Source: a virus. Taken from it: a stretch of DNA of 64,000 bases. Position numbers and translations under genes: made by a program. Location: the IMG/VR virus record IMGVR_UViG_3300045988_060114. One strand, 5' to 3'. This document shows positions 16,441 to 26,000 of this stretch, piece by piece. Within the stretch, counting starts at the first letter, position 1; each line of letters begins with the position of its first letter. A model generated the notes under the pieces. The model made no database searches. It was not told the origin of the DNA and worked only from the letters and a program-made list of their open reading frames with translations.

Positions 16441-16812
16441 ATGAGTGAATTATATTGGTTAGGTGTTTTGGGCAACTTACATGCTTGTGGTGAAGTTGTT
16501 GTTTTTTTATCTATTTTAGTGTTACTTGGTTTTGGTATCTGGACGATTACGTTCGGTTCTGATTATGAAGAACCTTTTAAAATGATAAAAAGAAAGGTTA
16601 AGTGTTCTATATATGCTTTGGTTTTTGGTGCAACTATTTGTGTATTCATCCCTTCCACAAAGAGTCTGCTTATCATTTATGGAGTAGGTGGCACTATTGA
16701 TTATCTCAAAGAAAACAAGGATGCTAATAAGATTCCTGATAAGTGCATTAAGGCTCTTGACAAGTATCTTGATGATGCGTTGAAGGAAGATAAAAATAAG
16801 GAAAATAATTAA
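16441..16812 (+). CDS. membrane protein (about 3 TM)
   Basis: Hydrophobic segments VVVFLSILVLLGFGIWTITF and IYALVFGATICVFIP. Confidence 0.5.
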   Translation: MSELYWLGVLGNLHACGEVVVFLSILVLLGFGIWTITFGSDYEEPFKMIKRKVKCSIYALVFGATICVFIPSTKSLLIIYGVGGTIDYLKENKDANKIPDKCIKALDKYLDDALKEDKNKENN

Positions 16813-16828
16813 TTTAAATTGTTTAATT

Positions 16829-17320
16829 ATGGGTGAAAATTTATGTAGTATGCCAAAATATATTGGCACGAAAGTAGTTCAGGCAAAGCCTATGCCTTTA
16901 AAAGATGCACAGTATGTGCTAGGTAGAGAAATTAAGCCCGCAACCGATGAGGAAGATGGTTATCTTGTAGTTTATAATGATGGTTATCGCTCATGGTCTC
17001 CTAAGAGTGTATTTGAAGAAGCTTACCATGTGCTTAGTGCTATGAACTTCGGTAATGCAATTAGTGTTTTGAAGTCTGGTTTTCCTGTAAGAAGAGCAAA
17101 TTGGAGCGGAAACAAATTCCTTTACTTTGTTCCATCGGCAAGCTATTCTGCTATGACAGATATAGCAAAGTCTATAGCTGATGAAGATGGAATGGTTCTT
17201 TACAAACCGTATATTGCCATTCGGTGCGAAGATGGCAGTGTCGGTTTCTATACTCCAACTCAATGCGATGTCTTAGCTGAGGACTGGGAGGTTGTAGAAG
17301 AAAAGTTCTATGGTAAGTAA
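16829..17320 (+). CDS. DUF2829 (Tad2-like) domain protein with N-terminal extension
   Basis: The C-terminal half (from 17042) reads MNFGNAISVLKSGFPVRRANWSGNKFLYF...PYIAIRCEDGSVGFYTPTQCDVLAEDWEVV. This fits the DUF2829 pattern (F..A...lk.G..v.R..W......i...t.dG....w.p...DlLAeDWe). Confidence 0.65.
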   Translation: MGENLCSMPKYIGTKVVQAKPMPLKDAQYVLGREIKPATDEEDGYLVVYNDGYRSWSPKSVFEEAYHVLSAMNFGNAISVLKSGFPVRRANWSGNKFLYFVPSASYSAMTDIAKSIADEDGMVLYKPYIAIRCEDGSVGFYTPTQCDVLAEDWEVVEEKFYGK

Positions 17321-17588
17321 ATCTGCTGAATACTACAGAAATCATCCAGCAGCTAGGGAGCGGAAAAAGCGTTATGATACTCGCTTCGAGTCTTCCCCTG
17401 CTCAGAAGGCTAAGCGTAGGGAATTGGCTCGGCATAACGCTGCTCACGATAAAAAGTATGGGGCAGTTTCTCGCAAGGGTATGGACGCTAGCCACACGAA
17501 ATCAGGAATTAGGTATAAGCCATCATCGGTGAATCGAGGTTCCAAGACGGATATGGCTGGGGATAGAAGAGCGAGAGGTGGTCGCTGA
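17310..17588 (+). CDS. small basic protein
   Basis: 92 aa, Arg/Lys-rich, ATG start overlapping the upstream gene end. Confidence 0.45.
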   Translation: MVSKSAEYYRNHPAARERKKRYDTRFESSPAQKAKRRELARHNAAHDKKYGAVSRKGMDASHTKSGIRYKPSSVNRGSKTDMAGDRRARGGR

Positions 17589-17601
17589 TAGTGAATAAAA
17601 G

Positions 17602-17634
17602 AATAGGGAGTGCTCACGCATTCCCTATTTTGTT
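17602..17634 (+). terminator. rho-independent terminator
   Basis: AATAGGGA (17602-17609) pairs with TCCCTATT (17622-17629) and is followed by TTGTT. Confidence 0.55.
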
Positions 17635-17714
17635 ATCCTAACAATCTTAAAACCTATAAACTAAAAAAAACTATGAAAAAAACAATCGTTCTTCTTAATT
17701 ATGATAAATTCAAT

Positions 17715-18023
17715 TTAACCTTCCTCTTCTGACATCTGTCTTAACTTCTCGGTGAGTGCATTGTGAACCTCACGCTTATCGTCAAGAGTGACGGTCTGTA
17801 ACTTAGGACAATTAAACTCCAGTATCTTGATAAAGGTTGATACCTTATCCTTAGGCTCGCACTTATACCAAGCTTCCATGAAATCATCCCAAGCCTCTCT
17901 GGAAAAATCGGCACAGAGTTCACGAAACTCCTTCTTGATAGGAGATTCATATCCCTTCTGCTTTCCTCCTGTTTTTGCTCGACCTTTCTCGAACTGACCT
18001 CTAGAATTTCTTTCTGTTGCCAT
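17715..18023 (-). CDS. small late protein, DUF5681/small-terminase-like N-terminus (tentative)
   Basis: N-terminal RNSRGQFEKGRAKTGGKQKG resembles the basic motif seen in small terminase-like phage proteins. The gene is driven by a late-type promoter. Confidence 0.3.
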   Translation of the reverse strand: MATERNSRGQFEKGRAKTGGKQKGYESPIKKEFRELCADFSREAWDDFMEAWYKCEPKDKVSTFIKILEFNCPKLQTVTLDDKREVHNALTEKLRQMSEEEG

Positions 18024-18046
18024 ATTTTTTCTGTCTATTAATGCCG

Positions 18047-18089
18047 CAAAGGTACTAATTATTATTTATATTCGAGTTTTATCCGTTAA
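18047..18089 (-). promoter_or_regulatory. late promoter (TTAACGGATAA-N24-TACCTTTG)
   Basis: Read on the minus strand, the element starts at 18089 and the box at 18054, a spacing of 35 nt. Confidence 0.65.
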
Positions 18090-18112
18090 TAATTGAATCA
18101 GAAGCACGAGTA

Positions 18113-18155
18113 TTAACGGATAAAATATGATTTTCGGCTAGTATTATTAACTTTG
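18113..18155 (+). promoter_or_regulatory. late promoter (TTAACGGATAA-N24-TAACTTTG) of the giant-protein operon
   Basis: Element at 18113-18123, box at 18148-18155, then ATTATTAATAAT. The ATG follows at 18186. Confidence 0.65.
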
Positions 18156-18185
18156 CCACATTATTAATAATTAAAATACATATAT

Positions 18186-18854
18186 ATGTTAGGAGCGTTA
18201 ATTGGGGCAGGTCTTGGACTTGCAAGCAGTATCGCTGGTGGTGTAGCTAACCGCAAGGCGAGACGTAAGCAGGAGCAGATGATAGCCCAGCAACAGAAAG
18301 AAAATCAGGCATGGTATGATAGAAAGTATAATGAAGACCCTACCAAACGTGCCGATACCGTTCGATTGCTCACTCAAATGCAGGAGCAAATCAAGAACAG
18401 AAACAAGGCTGCGAAGGGTAGACAAGCGGTGATGGGTGGTACAGAAGACTCCACTACTGCTGTGAAGGAGGCGAACAACAAGACTCTTGCTGATACCACC
18501 TCACAGATTGTAGCTGCAAATGATGCCCGAAAGGATAACATCGAGCAGCAGTATATGAACAGAAAGAACCAGTTACAGAACCAGCAGATGGGTATTGAAG
18601 CTGAGAAGGCTGCTGATACTGCCAATGCGGTTGCTGGTGTGGCTGGTACTGCTGCCAATATCGCTGCAACTATTGATAGTGGTGTTGGAGCAAAGAAGGC
18701 TCCGAACATGAATGTGACTCAGGAGCAGTTGGATGGTATCGCCAAGAATCCAAATGATGTTCTTGGCTTGAAGGCTAAAACTACTAGGTTGCCATCGCAA
18801 GGTGAACTGAATAGCCTTGGAGTGAAATTGCAAGAACAGAAAGTTAAAGCATAG
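18186..18854 (+). CDS. Gly/Ala-rich pilot/ejection-like virion protein (putative)
   Basis: N-terminal GALIGAGLGLASSIAGG, a Q/N-rich coiled middle and a second Gly/Ala-rich stretch. First gene of the giant-protein operon. Confidence 0.45.
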   Translation: MLGALIGAGLGLASSIAGGVANRKARRKQEQMIAQQQKENQAWYDRKYNEDPTKRADTVRLLTQMQEQIKNRNKAAKGRQAVMGGTEDSTTAVKEANNKTLADTTSQIVAANDARKDNIEQQYMNRKNQLQNQQMGIEAEKAADTANAVAGVAGTAANIAATIDSGVGAKKAPNMNVTQEQLDGIAKNPNDVLGLKAKTTRLPSQGELNSLGVKLQEQKVKA

Positions 18855-18857
18855 CCT

Positions 18858-20027
18858 ATGAAAGCATCAGATATGTTACGACACAATAATGGCTTGAAGA
18901 CTACACAGAGTGTTCTCAACAAGCAGCAGAGTGGTGTGGATGCGGCACAGAAGGTGGCACAGACTCAGGCTCCAGTCTTCACCCAGCAGCAACTTGATGC
19001 GGCTGGCAAGAAGGTTGACCAGATGAATGCTGCCACTCCTCAGAATGAAACACCTACGATGAAGGCGGCTAGAGAGAAGACTATCGCTACTCAACAAGCC
19101 ATCGCCAATGGTGTAGATGTGAATCAGGGTGCGCCAAGTGATGAGGAGGATAAACCATCTGTACCTATCGTGAAGAAGGAGGAACCGAAACCTCAGCCCA
19201 AGCAGCTATCTTACGCTGATATGTATAAGATGCTGAATCCTGAGCATCAGGAGACGGCTGAGCAGAGGGCTAACAGAGAGAAGAAAGAACGTACCAAGGC
19301 TCGTATCGCTGCCTTGGGTGATGGTCTCCGTGCGCTATCCAATATCTACTTCGCTACCAAAGGTGCAAAGGTGGTACACAATCCTGAGTCGGATATGACT
19401 AAGGCGGTGAATAAACGCAAGGCATTTATGGATGAGCAGAGGGAAAAGAATCGGGCATCATGGCTGGCTGGGTATCAGAGGGCACTTGCTCTTGATGAGG
19501 AAGCGAGAAAGAATAACCTGACTCTAGCTGAGCAGATGAGGTATCACGATATGCAGAACGACCTCAACAAGGTGAAGGCTGAACAAGGGCAGCAGAGAAT
19601 TGACCAAGGAAACAGAAGACTTGACTTGTCGAAAATGAAGTATGATACTGATGCTGATTACAAAAAGTCTATATTGGCTATCAAGAAGGCTCTGGCTGAT
19701 GGGCAAATCTCTCATTGGCAAGCACAGGAGGCTATCCAGCGTATCAATGCTGAGACTGGTCGAACCCGTGCCAACAAGTCGGGTAGTAGCAGTTCAAGAA
19801 AGGGTTCTTACTCTGGAGAGGTTGATGAGTATATGGATTTGATGGAGAAAGACCCTGAGGGTATGGCTGAGGCTGCAAAGGAAGTAAAGAAAATGGGCTA
19901 CTCTCCTAAGACGGCAGCAGGAAAGAAGGCTCAGAAGATTGCTTATCAGCGTAAGCATGGTAAGACTAAACAGAACCATACATCATCCAACAATGGTGGA
20001 AAGAAGAAGACTGGTGTAAACTGGTAA
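18858..20027 (+). CDS. Lys/Gln-rich coiled-coil protein
   Basis: 389 aa, low complexity, lying between the pilot-like gene and the giant ORF. Confidence 0.5.
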   Translation: MKASDMLRHNNGLKTTQSVLNKQQSGVDAAQKVAQTQAPVFTQQQLDAAGKKVDQMNAATPQNETPTMKAAREKTIATQQAIANGVDVNQGAPSDEEDKPSVPIVKKEEPKPQPKQLSYADMYKMLNPEHQETAEQRANREKKERTKARIAALGDGLRALSNIYFATKGAKVVHNPESDMTKAVNKRKAFMDEQREKNRASWLAGYQRALALDEEARKNNLTLAEQMRYHDMQNDLNKVKAEQGQQRIDQGNRRLDLSKMKYDTDADYKKSILAIKKALADGQISHWQAQEAIQRINAETGRTRANKSGSSSSRKGSYSGEVDEYMDLMEKDPEGMAEAAKEVKKMGYSPKTAAGKKAQKIAYQRKHGKTKQNHTSSNNGGKKKTGVNW

Positions 20028-20057
20028 CAGAATTGGTAACAAACAAATATATATATT

Positions 20058-23000
20058 ATGGCAGAAAGACCATTATACACTTTATACAAGAATCTGAAAG
20101 CACAGAACTATGATGTGCCTGATGATTACAATAAGTTTGAGAGCGCCCTGACCAGAGAAGGAAAGGGCGGTGCAGATAACAGACACGCTATCTATGAGAA
20201 CTTGAAGGCTCAGAACTTTGATGTTCCTGATACTTATGAGCGTTTCTATTCTGCACTTTTTGAACCTCGTAGTAAGACTTCATCTAGAGCGAAGGGCGGT
20301 AGTGTTCCTTTGAGTGCTGCTGACCGTGCTCGTTTCAATGCTAGAACTGCGGAAATCTTGTCTAGTGCTAATAATGCGGTAAGACAAGCAAAGCGAAACA
20401 TTCAGACCAAACTGGGGCAAGCAAAGAAGTTTGATGGTGGCAGGGTTACTCAACGTCTAAAGAATCCTTTGCAGAATCAGAATGTACAGAAGAATGAGTT
20501 CAACTATAATGCCACAACTGGCAAGACTGGAACCTATACAACATCTGATGGAGTGGAGTTCGATAACGAGTATGATGCTACCCAGTATCAGAATAAGTTG
20601 GACGAGCAGGGGCAGCAGTATATCAATGCTGTAAATGCTGGTGAGATACCGTCTGCTTTAGATGTGCGTGACCAGAATGGCAACTACGACTTGCAGGAGA
20701 ATATTGGTAAGAATGGAACCTATCTCACTGAGGAGGGTGCTCAAAAGCAGTTTGATAAGAAACTGGCTGATGCCTATGCTCGCAAGAAGGAGATAGAAGC
20801 TGCTATAGCGGAAGACAATCGTCAGCATGGCAATCCTCTGCTCTCTTATGGTGCTAGTATTGGTTCAAGTAACGGAAGAAATGCTGAGCAGAGTGACTAT
20901 AGAAATAAGTTGGCAACCTCTCTATCTCTTGTTACTCAGCAGATTGGTGCGCTTGAAGCGGTGAAACAATACCCTACAAGTAGCTGGGGTGAGGATGCCT
21001 TGAAGGCTCTTGACAATACTGCCTTTACTGCCAAGACTTGGGATTTCGGTCTGACTGATTTTGCTACCATGGGGCAGATGGAACGTATCAAGACAAAGAT
21101 GGATAACAACATTCCTCTCTCTGGTTCTGATAAGATGCTCTTGAAGAGTAAACTGGGTGCGGATGCTGCTGCGGCTCTCGAAGATGAGAAGATGGGTAAT
21201 ATCTATCGCTGGACGAAGATTGCAGGGCAGAGTCTCCCATTTATGGCTGACTTCTTCCTGACTGGTGGCTATGGTGGTATTACCAAGGGCATCAGTCGTG
21301 GAGCCTTGAAGATTGCTGCTAAGTCTGGAATGGGCAAGGTGAGTGCTGCAATTTTGAAGAACACTGGTATCGTGGCTGGCGATGTAATCGGCTCGTATGC
21401 GATGGCTGGAACTGAACAGGCATTGAAGACTGGTGCAGACATCATGCAGCGACATCTAGGTAATCTGTATCAGGATGAGAAGGGCGATTATAAGTTCGGT
21501 ACATTTGACGAAAACGGAAACCTCCTGCATGAAGGTGGTGAGTCTATGGGTACTGCTCTCTATAAGGGGCTGACCTCTGCCATGGTGGAGAACTACACAG
21601 AGAAGTTGTTTGGTCACAACTATGGTATCAAGAAGGGTGCTGTCAACTTCATGGAGAAACATGGTATGAATGCTTCTGCTGAGTTCTTCAAGAATATCGG
21701 CAAGAGTGGTTGGTACACCAATTCTAAGAAGTGGATGGAGAAGTTTGGCATCAATGGTTTCGCTGAGGAAGTGATGGAGGAGGAAATTGGTATTCCTCTT
21801 CATGCACTGCTGGATGGTGATAGTAAGGTGAGCGACCTTCTTGATGCTAGACAACAACTTGACATTATTGGTGGTATGGCTATCTCTGTTGGTTCTATGT
21901 ATGCGATGGGTGCTGGCTCCCGACCAGTGAAGGGTGTGTACAATCGTGCTCAGTACTACCGATTCAGACACAAGTTGAACGTGGCTGATAGTGATGCACA
22001 GAACCTTATTGGCGATAACTGGGCAGACATCAAGGATAAGATTGACAATGCAACCAACGAGCAGATGGGTAGTGTACTAGCTGGCATTCTCCGTCAGAGA
22101 GATACAATGACCAAGGAACAGATTAATGCTGCTGTTAACTATGGTGTGAACCTGATGAAGATGCGTGGCTACAATATTGCCAAGACTTCTGAAATGAATG
22201 CAAGGGAGATTACCAATGAGCCTACAACTCCTGAGGAACAGCATCAAACGGATATTGATAACGCTTACTCTGAGGGGCATGATGCTGATGATGCAGACAA
22301 ACATGATATTCAGATTCAGCAGGAAGACCAGATGAAGACTCTTGCAGCAGCATTGGGTATCTCTGAGCAGCAGCTATCTGTTATGAGTGATGAGGAGTTG
22401 GAATCCTTAACTGGAAAGGATGATAAACTTGACCAAGCTATCTATGACTACCAGTTGTCTTCTGCTCGCTACCAAGGTGTGGTTGATGATGCACAAGACA
22501 AGGTTGACCTTGCTGCTCATCAGGCAGAACAACGTGTTGATATGTACACAGACCAGAGCCGTGGCTCAGTCCGTAACGCTACCATTAAGGCATCTGGAGG
22601 ACTGGAAGACTATGGTGTCTATATTATCAGTGGCAATATCGCTACTCATGATGATGGTACTATTGATGTAAGCAATAGTGATGATATGATTCTCTATTAT
22701 GACCCGACAACGAATAGTGTAGAACACGCTGATGCATTGATGTTCGCTGAACTGGGTGAGGAACTGCCTGCTGATGATGTGAAGGCTCAGGCGGTAGCTG
22801 ATGCAAAAGAGGTTGCTATCAAAGAAGTGGCTGGCATCATTGACGGAACAGTTGATGTTGGCTCCCAGTTCTTGGTGACTGATGCTGACGGAACGGAACA
22901 TACTTATGAGGTGCTTGCTGATTATGGTGATGGTACTGCTGCTATTTCTATTGATGGTAATGTGGTAGAGAATCCATATTCGCTTGCCGATTTGCAACAG

Positions 23001-26000
23001 ATGAAAGACTTGGAAGACAAGAAGAGATTGGAAACTGCTAAGGCTCAGCGTGAGCAGATAGAGAAGGAACGTGCTGAGCAGCAGAATCAGGAGACAGAAC
23101 AGACTCAACCTTCATTTGATTTCAATCAGATTCTTAATGACAATGGAAATGTTGTCATTGTTGATGTGCTGGATAAGGATGGCAATACTAAATATCCTGA
23201 CTCTAGATTGTTCCTTATTCGTGATACTGGTGCCAAGGCTAAGGTAGTTGAGTTGAAGAGTGATGGCACTATTGTTCCTCATGCTGTGAGCAAGAAGAAT
23301 GTGAGCATAATTACTTCAATGTCGCTTGATGAGTACAAGCAGGCTATGGCTGAATCCTCAATGATAGAGGATAATAGTGGAGAGAATAGAGGTGAGATAG
23401 AGGTGGAGACTCCGACAATAGAGGGCGAGACTGCTGCTCCTGCTGAGGAGACTGCTGCTCCTGAATCTGCTGAGACTCCTGCAACTGAACAGACTCCTGC
23501 TGCTCCTTCCATTACTCTTGAAGATGGAACCATCGTGCCTATGCTGGAGGATGGCAATCCTGACTTCACGAAGCTGACTGCCGCACAGACTGCTGAGTTG
23601 TATGACTCCCAGTTTGGTGAGGATGCAGATAGTATCGTATCTGGATATGTGTCTGATGCAAAGAAGGCACTCGACAAGGCTAGCAACATGACCGTGAAGG
23701 GTAAGACTTTCGTGGAACAGAAGGCTGCAAAGGATGCAAAGGAGAAGGCTATTGCTGATGCTCAGGCGGCTTATGACTCTGCTATCGCTATCCGTGATGC
23801 TTACAATGAGCGACAACTTGCCAAGGTGGAAGATACTGCTGAGGGTAGAAAGGAACTCATTGAGAAGGCAAGAAGAAAGTTTGCTCGCTTGAAGAGTGCA
23901 GTGAAGAATGATGCTGAGGCTGTAGCACAACTATATAAGGAGACTGTAGGCAGCTTGCTACATCGTCTGTATGATGGCACTGGCATTGACGTGACAGATA
24001 CGATTCCGCTTACTGCTGAGGAGTATGTGGCTAGTAATCTCGGTGCTCACTCTCTCAACTATGAGGGTACTGAGACAAGCAAAGGTGTTAAGCAAGAGAC
24101 TGGATTGAGTAGAGAAGACTTTGCCAAGACCCAGTTGCTCGCTGCTGATGGCAAGGGTACTACTATTGACAACCTCGTACATAGCTTGTGGGAGAATCGT
24201 CCATCTAACCTTGATTCACTCGACACTCAGAATATTCGCAATGCCTTGCTCAGCATAATCACTAGCGGTTTCAAGGCATCGGAAGCAAGAAATTACATTG
24301 AAAATCTCCGTATCGCTCAGGCTGAGAATATCCTTGAAGAGCAGAAGAAGGCGGCTGATAACGCTGCATTCGCTGAGGAGAAGACTGGGGAAGAGAACTC
24401 TGATGAGGAGAATGATGAGGAGAATGAGAAGATAAATGAGCAGACAAATGAGAATATAAATGCTCCTGAGGTTCCTGAGGATGCAACGGATGATACTCCT
24501 TTAGGCGCACAGCGTGATGAATCAGACCTTCCTTTCTCTGCTAAGGAGAATGGCAAGCAGCAGACAACTGCCGAGCGTGCTGCTGATGTAGAGAAGAATA
24601 AGGTGGATGATATGAAGGTCGTTGACAATATCGTGGGTGAAAAGACTCGAAAGGCTTTCGAGAGACTGGCTAAGATGATGGGTGCTGCCATTCAGTGGCA
24701 GTACTCTGACAAGTTGGGTAACGGCTGGATTCAGGAGACCAAGGATGCTGATGGCAACGTTCATCGTACCATCTTCATTACTCTTGACTCTTCTATCACG
24801 GAAGGTGCTCAGTTTATCTTCGGTCATGAAATGACTCACCAAATCAAGAATCTGAACCCTGCTGCATACAATGAGTTGACTCAGCTTGTGCTTGATACCT
24901 ATGGCTCTGATGCCTTCGACAAGGCGGTAGGTGAGACCATGCAAAGATATTCTGATGCTGGATTCTCTGGACGTGCTAGAGATTACTATGCTGAGGAGGT
25001 TGTTGCTGATGCGGTAGGTGAAATGATTCGTGACCTCAACTTGGCTCATACTCTCGCTATGAAGATGTCTCATCCTCTACTCGCTGCTATCCATGAGATA
25101 TTGCAGAAGATTAAGTTGGCATTCTTTGGCACTGAGTATAGCGATGTGACCAAGAACATCATCCGCTCCATTGAACAAGCCTACGTGAAGACTGCCAATG
25201 GGGAGGTGACAAACTCCGAGACTGGTGAAGATGTTTCCTTCTCTCTCCGTCAAAAGCCTGAACCTAAGAAGAAGGGCATCGGCTACAAGGTGTTCGTATT
25301 GAAGGATGGCAAACTCTATCCACCTATGGTAGCGAACCCTAATGGTGCTGCTACTCCAGTTGGTGTGTGGCTCGATGCTGATGCGGCTCCTATTGCAGGA
25401 GAAAGCAAGACTGGAAGACCTCAGGTTAAGCAGGGCGGCAAGGGAACACAAGGCGGTAGCGGTAAGTTAGCCTATAGACCAGGCTGGCATCTTGGTGTAG
25501 TGCCTTATGCTATCCAGTTTAACCGCAAGGATGCTGAGGGCAACAAGACTCTCTTCCCTAAGAACTTTGTCTTCGCTGAGGTGGAGTATGCTGCTGACGT
25601 TGATTATCAGGAGGAAGCTCGCCAAGAGGGTATCAATCCATCGGGCAAGTATCAGCATTCACTCGCTGGCTTGAAACATCTGCCTACTGATGGTTTCTAT
25701 ATGTATCGTACAAACCCGAACCCTGAGACTGACCCTTGGGTGATTACTGGTGCGATGAAGGTGAACCGTATCTTGACCAGAGCAGAGCAAGCGGAACTTG
25801 TGAAGAATGCTGGTCGTGAACCTCAGCAGATTCAGGAGGGCGATATTGTTACTGATGATGTTGTGAACAGCATCAATCAGGAGATAGCTGATGCTCCTAA
25901 GTTCTCGTTAAAGGTATATCATGGTAGCGGTGCTGACTTTACAGAGTTTGACTTCGACCACATGGGTGAGGGTGCTGGCTCCCAAGTATTCGGTTGGGGT

